Below, piece by piece: positions 13,224-26,391 of a stretch of DNA of 64,000 bases; the stretch's first letter is position 1; each line of letters starts with the position of its first letter. This stretch comes from an uncultured Chromatiales bacterium (lineage in GTDB: Bacteria; Pseudomonadota; Gammaproteobacteria; SZUA-140). The notes below the pieces were generated by a model that was given only the letters and a program-made list of their open reading frames with translations, did not search any database and was not told where the DNA came from. Position numbers and translations under genes: made by a program. The DNA lies in assembly GCA_964388175.1 (NCBI GenBank), contig CAYLYS010000003.1, forward strand, positions 6,870 through 70,869, given 5' to 3'.

Positions 13224-14477
13224 TTACATGCCTGCGATGATGGCTGCGCCGAAGCCGGAGCAGCTGGTCAGCTTCGCGCCTTCCATCAGCCGTTCCAGAT
13301 CATAGGTGACGGTGCCGGCGGCGATGGCGCGCTTGACGCCGCCGATGATGAGGTCGGCCGCTTCCGTCCAGCCGATATGGCGCAGCAGCATTTCACCGGA
13401 GAGGACCAGCGAAGCGGGGTTGACGCGGTCCTGCCCGGCGTAGCGCGGCGCAGTGCCGTGCGTGGCCTCGAACAGCCCGATGGTGTCGGAAAGGTTCGCG
13501 CCCGGCGCCATGCCGATGCCGCCGACCTGGGCGGCGAGCGCATCGGAGATGTAGTCGCCGTTCAGATTCAGGGTGGCGATGACGCTGTAGTCCTCCGGTC
13601 GCAGCAGGATCTGCTGCAGGAAAGCGTCGGCGATGACATCGTTGATCACGATAGGTTTGCCGGTGCGCGGGTTGTGCAGACGGCACCACGGACCGCCGTC
13701 GATCTCGACGGCGCCGAATTCGCGCTGCGCCAGCGCATAGCCCCAGTTCTTGAAGGCGCCTTCGGTGAATTTCATGATGTTGCCCTTGTGCACCAGCGTG
13801 ACCGAGTCGCGGTCGTTGTCGATCGCGTACTCGATGGCGCGGCGCACCAGCCGTTCGGTGCCTTCCTTCGATACCGGCTTGATGCCGATGCCGGCGGTCT
13901 GCGGAAAGCGGATCTTGGTCACTTTCATCTCGCCCTGCAGGAAGTCGATGATCTTGCGCACTTCGGCGCTGCCCGCTTCCCATTCGATGCCGGCATAGAT
14001 GTCCTCGGCGTTTTCGCGGAAGATGACCATGTCGGTCTTTTCCGGGTGCTTGAGCGGGCTCGGCGTGCCGTCGAAATAGCGTATCGGCCGCAGGCAGACG
14101 TAGAGATCGAGCTCCTGGCGCAGAGCGACGTTGATGGAACGGATGCCGCCGCCGACCGGGGTGGTCAGCGGCCCCTTGATCGCCACCAGATAGTCGCGGA
14201 TCGCCTGCAGCGTTTCTTCCGGCAGCCACACGTTCTCGCCGTAGACCCGGTTGGCATTTTCGCCGGCGTAGATTTCCATCCACGAGATCGAACGCTTCCC
14301 GCCATAGGCCTTGTCGACCGCCGCATCGACCACCGCTCGCATCACCGGCGTGATGTCCACACCGATGCCGTCGCCCTCGATGTAGGGAATGATGGGGCGG
14401 TCGGGGACGTTCAGCTTGCCGTCGTGGGCAGTGATGGCGCGGCCGTCGCTGGGGATCTGAACGTGCTGATAAGACAT
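13224..14477 (-). CDS. icd: NADP-dependent isocitrate dehydrogenase
   Basis: [44 protein letters not shown]...[25 protein letters not shown]; 417 aa. The 960-aa track ORF is an upstream read-through lacking an in-frame stop. Confidence 0.95.
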   Translation of the reverse strand: MSYQHVQIPSDGRAITAHDGKLNVPDRPIIPYIEGDGIGVDITPVMRAVVDAAVDKAYGGKRSISWMEIYAGENANRVYGENVWLPEETLQAIRDYLVAIKGPLTTPVGGGIRSINVALRQELDLYVCLRPIRYFDGTPSPLKHPEKTDMVIFRENAEDIYAGIEWEAGSAEVRKIIDFLQGEMKVTKIRFPQTAGIGIKPVSKEGTERLVRRAIEYAIDNDRDSVTLVHKGNIMKFTEGAFKNWGYALAQREFGAVEIDGGPWCRLHNPRTGKPIVINDVIADAFLQQILLRPEDYSVIATLNLNGDYISDALAAQVGGIGMAPGANLSDTIGLFEATHGTAPRYAGQDRVNPASLVLSGEMLLRHIGWTEAADLIIGGVKRAIAAGTVTYDLERLMEGAKLTSCSGFGAAIIAGM

Positions 14478-14705
14478 GGGCGGGTCCTTATGTAGAGAAT
14501 GTGCCGTGAAAATCGAAAAAAATTCCGGTGCTGAGAGGGAAGATACAAGATAGCCGGCGCGTGAGACAAGGGAAGAGGGGGAAGCGACGCCTGCTCGCCA
14601 CGAACGCCGGCCGCGCCTGAGGGGCGCGGTGGCGGCCTTTGTCCCGCTCCCGCCCGCAGCCGGCCAGTCTGCTACAATAGCGGCTGCAACAGTCTGAGCC
14701 GACGA

Positions 14706-15882
14706 ATGATTTCCAATCGAGAAGCAATAGCGGGCGAGCGCGTCATCGTGGGGATGTCGGGCGGAGTGGATTCCTCCGTCGCGGCGCTGCTGCTCAAGCG
14801 CCGGGGCTGCGAGGTCAGCGGCGTATTCATGAAGAACTGGGATGAGACCGATCCGCAGGGCTCGTGTCCGGCGGAAGTCGATGCGCGTGATGCGCTGGCC
14901 GTGTGCGACCGCATCGGTATCGATCTCGACGCCGTCAGCTTCGCCGAACGCTACCGCGAGCGGGTTTTCGCGCGGTTCCTGGCCGATTACGAGGCCGGCC
15001 GCACGCCGAATCCCGATGTGCTGTGCAACAGCGAAATCAAGTTCCGTGCCTTTCTCGATTACGCGCTCGCTCAGGGCGCGGCCTGGATCGCCACCGGCCA
15101 TTACGCCGCCGTCGCCCAGCGCGAGGGGCGCAGCGTGCTGCTCAAGGGCGCCGATCCGGACAAGGATCAGAGTTATTTCCTGCACGCGCTGTCGCAGGAA
15201 CAGCTCGGCCGTGCCCTCTTTCCGCTCGGCGACTGTCTGAAGCCGGCGGTGCGGCAGATGGCGCGCGAGGCCGCTCTCGCCACTCATGCCAAGAAGGACA
15301 GCACCGGCATCTGCTTCATCGGCGAACGCCGTTTCCGCGAGTTTCTCGGTGGTTTTCTGCCGGCGCGCCCGGGCGAGATCCGCAGCGTCGATGGTGAACT
15401 GCTCGGCGAACATGAGGGGCTGATGTTCCATACGCTCGGCCAGCGCAAGGGGCTGCGCATCGGCGGTCGTGCCGGCGGCAACGGCGAACCCTGGTACGTG
15501 GTGGGCAAGGATCTCGCCGGCAACACGCTGCTGGTGGCCCAGGGTTACGATCATCCGCTGCTTTACAGCAGCGAGCTGACCGCCGACGAGTTGAACTGGA
15601 TCGCGCCGGCGCCCGCCGTGGGCGAAACCCTGCATTGCAGTGCCAAGACGCGCTATCGCCAGCCCGATCAGGACTGCGTGGTCGAGACGCTCGGCGACGG
15701 GCGTTGCCGGGTGCGTTTCGCCCGGCCACAGCGCGCGGTGACGCCGGGCCAGTCGGTGGTGTTCTATCGCGGCCGGGAATGTCTCGGCGGCGGAGTCATC
15801 GTCGGGGTGGCGGGTGGCGGGCTGCAGCCCGGGGCCGATCTGTCGCCGGCGGCGATGTCCGTATACAGCGAAGGAGTGCGGT

Positions 15883-15902
<20 letters not shown>
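14706..15902 (+). CDS. mnmA: tRNA 2-thiouridine(34) synthase MnmA (C-terminal extension overlaps hflD by 20 nt)
   Basis: PP-loop [26 protein letters not shown], conserved MnmA body; 398 aa. Confidence 0.9.
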
Positions 15903-17917
<2,015 letters not shown>

Positions 17918-18051
17918 CGGGAGACGGCGCACCGGCGTGACCGTGTTCACGGTTCGGCGCCGGCAGGCATGGATAATGGGTAGGGCAGGGCGTGGTCAGG
18001 GTGGCGTAACCGTCTTGTTCCTCCAAGTCTTGCCATCCGCCCGCTCATGTA

Positions 18052-18099
18052 CCCGGCCATGCGTCCTCCCCTCTGCGGCCGGGTTTTTTTTTGCCCGCC
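18052..18099 (+). terminator. Putative intrinsic terminator after purB (7-bp stem CCCGGCC/GGCCGGG, long loop, T9 run)
   Basis: cccggcc...ggccggg followed by ttttttttt at 18091-18099; a further small hairpin (cgggaaaatcccg) in the serS leader. Confidence 0.4.
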
Positions 18100-18201
18100 G
18101 AGTTGTCATACTCCCGCCTTTCCGTACCGCTGACGCCCGTTCCGGACGGGAAAATCCCGCATGGCGTCGTGATGCGGGACAGAAAACATTGGCCGAGGTA
18201 G

Positions 18202-19479
<1,278 letters not shown>

Positions 19480-19488
19480 TATAGGGTC

Positions 19489-20883
19489 GTGGACTTCCTG
19501 CCCGTCTTTCTCGATATCCGTAAGCGCGATTGCCTGGTGGTCGGCGGCGGCGAGGTGGCCGCGCGCAAGATCGATCTGCTGCGCCGCGCCGGTGCAAGCG
19601 TGACGGTCTGCGCGCCGCTGTTGTGTCCGGTGCTGGCGAAGCTTGCCGCAGAAGGCGCCGTGCGGTATCGCAACGGCGTTTTCACCGCGGCCGACGTCAC
19701 CGGCTTCGATCTCGTCGTTGCCGCCACCGATGACGCGGCGGTCAATGCGGCGGCGGCCGAGGCAGCGCGGGTTCGCGCCATTCCGGTCAATGTCGTCGAT
19801 GAGCCGGCACTGTGCAGTTTCATTTTCCCGGCGATCGTCGACCGTTCTCCCTTGCTGATCGCGGTCTCCACCGGCGGAGCCGCGCCGGTGCTGGCGCGCA
19901 CGCTGCGGGCCAGATTGGAAACGCTGTTTCCCGCCGCCTACGGGCGGCTTGCCGCTCTGCTGCAGCGTTTCCGTCCGCTGATCCGCAGCAGCATCAGCGA
20001 TGCCGGCCAGCGTCGGCGCTTCTTCGAGAAAGCGGTGGACGGGCCGATATCCGAATTGGTGTTCGCCGGACGTGAGGAGGAGGCCGCCGCCTTGCTGCAG
20101 CAGTCCCTGCAGGCGCAGGATGCCGCGCCTCGTGGTGAAGTGAGCCTGATCGGCGCCGGTCCGGGTGATCCCGATTTGCTGACTTTCCGTGCGCTGCGTT
20201 TGATGCAGCGTGCCGATGTCGTGCTTTATGATCGACTGGTCGCGCCGGCCATTCTCGATCTGGTGCGGCGTGATGCCGAGCGTATATACGTCGGGAAAAG
20301 GCGCGATTATCACGCATTGCGCCAGGAAGAGATCAATCAGGTGATGGTCAGGCTGGCGCAAGAGGGCAAGCGGGTGGTACGCCTCAAGGGCGGCGATCCC
20401 TTCATATTCGGACGAGGAGGCGAGGAGATTGCCACACTGGCGGAGGAAGGTATCCCGTTCCAGGTCGTGCCGGGCATCACGGCCGCCAATGGCTGCGCCG
20501 CCTATGCGGGCATTCCGCTGACGCATCGTGATCATGCGCATTCGGTGCTGTTCGTCACGGGCCATCTCAGGGGGGAAGAGGGCATCAACCTCGACTGGCA
20601 GACGCTGGTCCGTCCCGCCCAGACGCTGGTCATCTATATGGGGCTCACCGGCCTCGATCTCATCTGCCGTGAACTCGTTCGCCACGGCATGGGGCCCGAT
20701 ATGCCAGCCGCGCTGATCGAGCACGGCACCACGGCCGATCAGCGCGTGTTCGCTGCGACCCTGAGCGAGTTGCCCGATCTCGTGGCGCGCAATGAGGTGC
20801 GCGCGCCGACGCTGCTCATCGTCGGCGAGGTGGTGCGTCTGCGCGAACGGCTGGCCTGGTTCCGCACCGGCGTGCAGCACTAG
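19489..20883 (+). CDS. cysG: Siroheme synthase (precorrin-2 dehydrogenase/ferrochelatase + uroporphyrinogen-III C-methyltransferase)
   Basis: N-terminal Rossmann [11 protein letters not shown]; C-terminal methylase motifs [29 protein letters not shown]; 464 aa. Confidence 0.92.
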   Translation: MDFLPVFLDIRKRDCLVVGGGEVAARKIDLLRRAGASVTVCAPLLCPVLAKLAAEGAVRYRNGVFTAADVTGFDLVVAATDDAAVNAAAAEAARVRAIPVNVVDEPALCSFIFPAIVDRSPLLIAVSTGGAAPVLARTLRARLETLFPAAYGRLAALLQRFRPLIRSSISDAGQRRRFFEKAVDGPISELVFAGREEEAAALLQQSLQAQDAAPRGEVSLIGAGPGDPDLLTFRALRLMQRADVVLYDRLVAPAILDLVRRDAERIYVGKRRDYHALRQEEINQVMVRLAQEGKRVVRLKGGDPFIFGRGGEEIATLAEEGIPFQVVPGITAANGCAAYAGIPLTHRDHAHSVLFVTGHLRGEEGINLDWQTLVRPAQTLVIYMGLTGLDLICRELVRHGMGPDMPAALIEHGTTADQRVFAATLSELPDLVARNEVRAPTLLIVGEVVRLRERLAWFRTGVQH

Positions 20884-20965
20884 AACGGGAGGCGCGCAGC
20901 GTATCAGCCATGGAATATGCCTGTTTTCATGATGGCGACATGATCGTCGCTATCCCCGCTTAGAC

Positions 20966-22705
20966 GTGTTTGCCACTGCACTCGCGGAGACCTTCCGCCG
21001 CGGCTATTCGCTGCGTTCGCTGCGTTCCGATATTCTCGCCGGCCTGACCGTCGGCGTGCTCGCATTGCCGCTGTCGATGGCGCTCGCCCTGGCCAGCGGA
21101 GTGCCGCCCCAGCATGGCCTCTATACGGCGATCATTGCCGGCGCCATCATTGCGATCTGCGGCGGTTCCAGGGTCAATATTTCAGGGCCGACCGCCGCCT
21201 TCGTCGTGGTGCTGTTGCCGGTCGTGCATCAGTTCGGCCTCGGCGGACTGGTGATGGCGGGGCTGCTTGCCGGACTGATCCTGGTCGCGCTCGGGCTTGC
21301 CCGCATGGGGCGGCTGATCGAATACGTACCGTATCCGGTCACTGTCGGTTTCACCGCCGGCATCGCGATCGTGATCGCCATGCTGCAGATCAAGGATTTC
21401 CTCGGCCTGGACGTGGCGGTGAGCGGCGATCATTTCTTCGACCGCGTTTCCGGCATCGTCTCCGCATTGCCGACCTTGCACTGGCAGGATACTTTCATTG
21501 CCACGCTGACGCTGGCGATTCTCATCGTCTGGCCGCGCCTCGGCACGCGCGTTCCAGGGCTGCTGGTCGCGCTCACCGCCGCGACGCTGGTCGGCTGGAT
21601 CTGCGGTCATTTCATCCCGGGATTCGACATCGCCACCGTCGGCAGCGTTTTTTCCTATACGCTCGATGGCGTGATCAAGGCCGGCATTCCGCCGCTCGCA
21701 CCGCAGTTCGTGTGGCCGTGGGAATTGCCGGGCGCCGATGGCCAGCCGATCGGTCTGTCGTTTCAACTGATCAATGACCTGCTCGGCCCGGCGCTGACGA
21801 TTGCCGCGCTGGCGGCGATCGAGTCGCTGCTGTGCGCCGTGATCGCCGACGGCATGGCGGGTACCCGCCATGACCCCAATGCCGAGCTGATCGGCCTCGG
21901 CCTGGGCAATATTCTCGTGCCGTTCTTCGCCGGCATCCCGGCGACCGCGGCCATCACGCGCACGGCGGCTAGCGTGCGCGCGGGGGCGGTATCTCCCATC
22001 GCCGCGGTGATCCATGCCATGGTCGTGCTGCTCGCGGTTCTGGCGCTGGCGGGTCTGCTGGGCTACGTACCCATGGCGGCGCTGGCCGCGCTGATGATGA
22101 TGGTGGCGTGGAACATGAGTGAAGCGAAGCATGTCCTGCGCATCATGCGCGCGGCGCCGGGCAGCGATGTCGCCGTGCTGGTGAGTTGTTTGGTGCTGAC
22201 GGTGGTGTTCGACATGACGGTCGCTGTCGCTATCGGCATCGGTCTGGCGGCGCTGCTGTTCATCAGGCAGGTGAGCGAACAGACCGAAGCGAAAGTGGTT
22301 TCTCATGCCGATGGATCGCACGCCTACCAGGTGCCTGCCGAGGTGCTGATCTATGATGTGAACGGTGCGCTTTTTTTTGGCGCGGCGCATCGCGCCATGC
22401 GCTCGCTCGAAGCGTTGCCGCCGGGAAAAAAGGTGGTGATCATGGATATGACGGACGTATCCATCCTGGATATGACCGCCATCATGCTGTTGCAGGAGTT
22501 GCTTACCAGCCTCGAACACCGTGGTACCGCGGTAATCATCAGCGGACTTCACCCCCGCCTGATTCTGCAGCTGCAGCGCGTGGGGGTTGTCGGGCGCCAG
22601 GGAAGACTCGAGTTTACCCGTGATGTGGCGGGCGGTATTGTCCGTGCGACGGTGCTGTGTGCTGGGCCGGGGGAGCAGGGCGGGGATAAACCGTCAACCG
22701 CCTGA
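20966..22705 (+). CDS. SulP-family anion transporter with C-terminal STAS domain
   Basis: GTG start; multi-TM body with SulP N-terminal motif (LRSDILAGLTVGVLALPLSMALA) and C-terminal STAS (VLIYDVNGALFFGAAHRAMRSL...). Confidence 0.85.
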   Translation: MFATALAETFRRGYSLRSLRSDILAGLTVGVLALPLSMALALASGVPPQHGLYTAIIAGAIIAICGGSRVNISGPTAAFVVVLLPVVHQFGLGGLVMAGLLAGLILVALGLARMGRLIEYVPYPVTVGFTAGIAIVIAMLQIKDFLGLDVAVSGDHFFDRVSGIVSALPTLHWQDTFIATLTLAILIVWPRLGTRVPGLLVALTAATLVGWICGHFIPGFDIATVGSVFSYTLDGVIKAGIPPLAPQFVWPWELPGADGQPIGLSFQLINDLLGPALTIAALAAIESLLCAVIADGMAGTRHDPNAELIGLGLGNILVPFFAGIPATAAITRTAASVRAGAVSPIAAVIHAMVVLLAVLALAGLLGYVPMAALAALMMMVAWNMSEAKHVLRIMRAAPGSDVAVLVSCLVLTVVFDMTVAVAIGIGLAALLFIRQVSEQTEAKVVSHADGSHAYQVPAEVLIYDVNGALFFGAAHRAMRSLEALPPGKKVVIMDMTDVSILDMTAIMLLQELLTSLEHRGTAVIISGLHPRLILQLQRVGVVGRQGRLEFTRDVAGGIVRATVLCAGPGEQGGDKPSTA

Positions 22706-22745
22706 TGGTGCGGCTGTCGATGCGCAGGCGGTTGCGGATGAAGCG

Positions 22746-22769
22746 TCGCGCCGGCGCAAGCCGGCGCGA
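22746..22769. terminator. Perfect 10-bp stem with GCAA (GNRA) tetraloop between convergent SulP and His-rich genes; candidate bidirectional terminator
   Basis: tcgcgccggc-gcaa-gccggcgcga; weak T-run at 22782-22786. Confidence 0.35.
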
Positions 22770-22785
22770 CGGCTGCGTCTAGTTT

Positions 22786-23046
22786 TCAGTGTGAATGGTC
22801 GTGCGGTTCGTGATCGTGACCCTGGTGGGAATGATCATGGGCACCCAGCTCGGAGTCCTTGTGGCTATGTCCGTGATCCGCATCTTTGCCGTGGTCGTGA
22901 GCGTGCGTATGGCTGTGATCATGGCCATGGGAATGCTCGTGTTGGTGCTGGTGCGCGTGGCGCGTGCCATCGCCATGGACATGATCGTGTTCATGCTCAT
23001 GTTTGTGTTCATGCTGGTGGCTGTGGTCGTGTTTGTGATCACCCAT
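22786..23046 (-). CDS. Histidine-rich (HxH)n putative metal-binding protein, 86 aa, ~40% His
   Basis: MGDHKHDHSHQHEHKHEHEHDHVHGDG...GHDHEPHDHSH; strong SD AAGGAGAG 7 nt upstream of ATG; the plus-strand 98-aa Met/Val-rich ORF is the mirror image of CAY/GAY codons and lacks an SD. Confidence 0.6.
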   Translation of the reverse strand: MGDHKHDHSHQHEHKHEHEHDHVHGDGTRHAHQHQHEHSHGHDHSHTHAHDHGKDADHGHSHKDSELGAHDHSHQGHDHEPHDHSH

Positions 23047-23112
23047 CGTTTTCTCTCCTTGAGTTGTATGTCAGCAGTGGACGCTGCATAGCGTGGCCGG
23101 CATGGCCCACGT

Positions 23113-23132
23113 CATTTTCTGCGCAGAAAATG
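23113..23132. promoter_or_regulatory. Perfect 20-bp palindrome CATTTTCTGCGCAGAAAATG ~70 nt upstream of the His-rich gene; candidate operator
   Basis: Exact reverse-complement symmetry read directly from sequence. Confidence 0.35.
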
Positions 23133-23416
23133 GGCTTTGCGCAAGGGAATGACGCGACCATCCCACGATACTAGAAACGGCCCCTGGCCGCGACTCGTCC
23201 GGAAACCATCGTGCGCAGCGGCGTCTATCGGGTTGAGTGATCGGCAGCGCTGCTGAGTGACTGAAGGGCGGGTGGAAAAAAAACGCTGCCGGAAACGCCC
23301 AAGCAATGATTGCTGCATGATATTCCCTCCCGGACTGGCGACACGGTCAGCGTAACAGGGGCGTGAGATGAAATCAATAAATACTCCTACCGCGGTGAAC
23401 TTGCCGTCTCGCTTAA

Positions 23417-23484
23417 AACGAAAGCCCCGCAGAGCGGGGCTTTCGATGAGAGACGCTGAAACCCGGGAGCTTGCCGGGTTTGTC
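23417..23484 (-). terminator. Tandem hairpins downstream of yccA (aaacccgg..ccgggttt; gaaagccccgc-agag-gcggggctttc followed by TTTT on the minus strand)
   Basis: Two GC-rich inverted repeats; the distal one is followed by a T-run on the coding strand of yccA. Confidence 0.5.
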
Positions 23485-23491
23485 GGCTGTT

Positions 23492-24160
23492 TCAGTCGTC
23501 GCCGCCGAAAGCACCGAGCAGATGCAGCAAGCTGGTGAACAGATTGTAAATGCTGACATACAGGGCAACGGTAGCGAGGATGTAGTTGTCTTCACCGCCA
23601 TGCACGAGCTGGCTGGTCTGGAACAGGATATATCCGGACATCAGCAGGATGAACATCGCCGATACCGCCAGACCGACCGCCGGCAGAGAAAAGATCGCCG
23701 CGCCCAGGCCGGCCAGGAAGGCGACCAGAATGCCGACGAAAAGAAAGCCGCCAAGGAAGCTGAAGTCCTTGCGGGTGGTGAGCGCATAGGCGGAAAGCCC
23801 GAGGAAGATCACGCCGGTGCCGCCGAGCGCCGTCATCACCAGTTGGCCGCCGTTGGGCAGCGCCAGATAGTGGTTCAGGATCGGTCCCAGGGTCAGACCC
23901 ATGAACCCGGTAAGGGCGAACACGGAGGCCAAACCCCAGGCGCTGTTGCGCAGGCGGTAAGTCAGGAACAGCAGGCCGAAATAGCCCAGCAAGGTGAACA
24001 GCAGCCCGGGGTGGGGCAGCTTGTACGCCATCGATACGCCGGCAGTGACGGCGCTGAAGAGCAGGGTCATCGCCAACAGCGTGTACGTGTTGCGAATCAG
24101 CCTGTTTTCGCTCAGCACCGTAGGGCGTGCACGTGCGATGGTGTTCTGCATGGACTTCAA
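23492..24160 (-). CDS. yccA: Bax inhibitor-1/YccA family membrane protein (FtsH modulator)
   Basis: 222 aa, 7 predicted TM segments, conserved BI-1 family pattern. Confidence 0.85.
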   Translation of the reverse strand: MKSMQNTIARARPTVLSENRLIRNTYTLLAMTLLFSAVTAGVSMAYKLPHPGLLFTLLGYFGLLFLTYRLRNSAWGLASVFALTGFMGLTLGPILNHYLALPNGGQLVMTALGGTGVIFLGLSAYALTTRKDFSFLGGFLFVGILVAFLAGLGAAIFSLPAVGLAVSAMFILLMSGYILFQTSQLVHGGEDNYILATVALYVSIYNLFTSLLHLLGAFGGDD

Positions 24161-24333
24161 CCTCCTCGGAAATAAATGGTCTTTTGCGAATATATAGGCT
24201 GCGGCGGGTGCTTACAAGGGCGCGGGGTTCCGGAGGGCCCCGGATGAGTCTGGTAGGCGGGCCTGGGGAGGGCGCTGTCGCCGAGGGGCGTTTATTGTAG
24301 AATGGCCGGCCCGGCGCCGCGCGCCGGGTGTGC

Positions 24334-24421
24334 GGAGAGGTGGCTGAGCGGTCGAAAGCGGCGGTCTTGAAAACCGTTGACTCGCAAGGGTCCGGGGGTT
24401 CGAATCCCTCCCTCTCCGCCA
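24334..24421 (+). tRNA. tRNA-Ser (anticodon TGA), CCA encoded
   Basis: GGAGAGG acceptor stem pairing with CCTCTCC, D-loop, anticodon loop cTTGAaa, long variable arm, TPsiC GGTTCGAATCC, discriminator G + CCA. Confidence 0.9.
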
Positions 24422-24832
24422 TTTCTCTCCCTTGAGCGGGCACGGTATGCGCTATTCCTCACCGCCGGCGTTTGGAGCGGCGGGAGGAACTTCGACCTCA
24501 TGATCCGAAGCGCTGATTCAATCCGGCAGGCATCACGGTTCATGATCACGATGCTGATCGGTTGGTCGATTCCCGGCGGGCTGCAAGGTGGTCGAGTTGA
24601 TCATGACGGTGATCATACTGACGAGCGACACGCATCTGAGCGGGTCGGTTTCGGGCATCAGTCATCGTTTCTGATTGGCAAACGAAAGTGCCGAGGACGT
24701 CTGTCAATCGGCGCCCGAAACGGGCCCGCTCCATGGTGGAGAGATCGAAAGGGCTATGGCGCAGACTATCGTTTTCATTTTCGCCGTTTTCTGTCCATTA
24801 CTCCTACAATATTCCCGACTATCCCGCTGTCG

Positions 24833-24922
24833 TCAGGCCGCCAGGAAGACTCCCATCGCCAGCCAGCCGGTGAACAGTGCTATGAGTCCGAATACCACAA
24901 AATACAGAGGGTTGTATCGCAT
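24833..24922 (-). CDS. Hypothetical 29-aa hydrophobic peptide MRYNPLYFVVFGLIALFTGWLAMGVFLAA
   Basis: Perfect SD AAGGAGGT 4 nt upstream of ATG; single predicted TM helix; divergent from miaA, next to tRNA-Ser. Confidence 0.35.
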   Translation of the reverse strand: MRYNPLYFVVFGLIALFTGWLAMGVFLAA

Positions 24923-25038
24923 ATGACCTCCTTGTCGCCAAGGCGGCGACGCTGCTGCGTATCCCTCCCTCGTCCCATCGATATGGGGGCGGTTTCGCCG
25001 TCTTCAAAGCGCCATAAAGCGCCATCGGATCGGCGCGT

Positions 25039-25992
25039 GTGCCGTGTCGGAGTGCTGGCGTGCGCGTGATTTTTCTCACCGGTCCGACGGCGAGCGGCAA
25101 GACCGATCTGGCGCTGGCGATCGCGCGCCGTTTCCCCTGCGAACTCATCAGCGTCGATTCCGCCATGGTTTATCGCGGCATGGATATCGGTACCGCCAAG
25201 CCGGATGCCGATACGCTGCGCCAAGTGCCGCACCGGCTCATCGATATATGCGATCCTGCCGAGGCCTATTCGGCGGCGCGCTTCCGCACCGACGCCCTGC
25301 GTGAAATCGAGGCGGTGCAGCGCAGCGGACGGCTGCCTCTGCTGGTCGGCGGCACCATGCTGTATTTTCGGGCGCTGCAGCAGGGGCTGTCGGATCTGCC
25401 GGCTGCCGACGCCGCGCTGCGCGCGCGGCTGGAGCGTGAAGCCGAGGAACTGGGGTGGGCGGCACTGCATGCGCGTCTGGCGCGCCTCGATCCGGCTGCC
25501 GCAGCGCGTATCCATCCCAACGATCCGCAGCGCATTCAGCGTGCGCTGGAAGTGTGCGAGCTCACCGGACGTCCGCTGAGTGAGCTGCAGCGTGCGGACG
25601 AAACTGAACCCATGCCCTTCGACGCGGTCAAATTGCACATCCTGCCCACCGATCGCGCCGATCTGCACGACCGTATCGAGGTGCGTTTTCACCGCATGAT
25701 CGATGAGGGTCTGCTGGCCGAAGTCGAGGCCTTGCACGCGCGGGGAGATCTGGATCCGGCGTTGCCGGCGCTGCGCGCTGTCGGTTACCGCCAGCTTTGG
25801 CAGTATCTCGACGGCGCACTGGATTATCGGCAGGCGGTGCAGGCCGCGATCACCGCGACCCGCCAGCTGGCCAAGCGCCAGATGACGTGGATGCGGGCGG
25901 AGCGGGACGCGGTCGTTTTTCCCGCCGACGGCGCCCGATCGGAGGACAAGGTATTGAAATATGTACAGGCGGTCACTCATTATCAGGCGTAA
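25039..25992 (+). CDS. miaA: tRNA dimethylallyltransferase
   Basis: GTG start; P-loop IFLTGPTASGKTDLALAIA, conserved MiaA body; miaA-hfq-hflX-hflK-hflC synteny. Confidence 0.9.
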   Translation: MPCRSAGVRVIFLTGPTASGKTDLALAIARRFPCELISVDSAMVYRGMDIGTAKPDADTLRQVPHRLIDICDPAEAYSAARFRTDALREIEAVQRSGRLPLLVGGTMLYFRALQQGLSDLPAADAALRARLEREAEELGWAALHARLARLDPAAAARIHPNDPQRIQRALEVCELTGRPLSELQRADETEPMPFDAVKLHILPTDRADLHDRIEVRFHRMIDEGLLAEVEALHARGDLDPALPALRAVGYRQLWQYLDGALDYRQAVQAAITATRQLAKRQMTWMRAERDAVVFPADGARSEDKVLKYVQAVTHYQA

Positions 25993-26119
25993 TGGTTAAA
26001 TGCTAGAATGCTGCGACAGAGTGTCGAGAAAAGCCGGGATAGGCCGTCATCGACTCTGGAGTATCCATTCGGATCAAGCGGGTTCGAATCAGGCGGGCAA
26101 GAATAAGGAGAAATCAAGA

Positions 26120-26362
26120 ATGGCCAAGGGGCAGAGTTTACAGGACCCTTTTTTGAATGCACTGCGCAAGGAACATGTGCCAGTGTCTATTTACCTGGTC
26201 AACGGCATCAAGCTGCAGGGGCAGGTCGAGTCCTTCGACCAGTTCGTCGTGCTGCTGAAGAATTCCGTCAGCCAGATGGTGTACAAACACGCGATTTCCA
26301 CCATCGTGCCCGCGCGCAACATCAAGGCTTTGCTATCTGATGATGCCAATGGCGGCAGCTGA
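26120..26362 (+). CDS. hfq: RNA chaperone Hfq
   Basis: [64 protein letters not shown]; AAGGAG SD 9 nt upstream. Confidence 0.97.
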   Translation: MAKGQSLQDPFLNALRKEHVPVSIYLVNGIKLQGQVESFDQFVVLLKNSVSQMVYKHAISTIVPARNIKALLSDDANGGS

Positions 26363-26391
26363 AGGCATCCGCACAGGAGGATACCGTCCTT

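Noticed and set aside
21182-22552. 456-aa minus ORF
   Set aside because: Antisense to the SulP transporter.
22795-23091. Plus-strand 98-aa Met/Val-rich hydrophobic ORF
   Set aside because: Mirror image of the CAY/GAY-rich His-rich gene (CAT→ATG, CAC→GTG); no SD, whereas the minus frame has a strong SD.
24377-25069. 230-aa plus ORF starting inside tRNA-Ser
   Set aside because: Overlaps a well-supported tRNA and runs through a non-coding-looking spacer; no SD.
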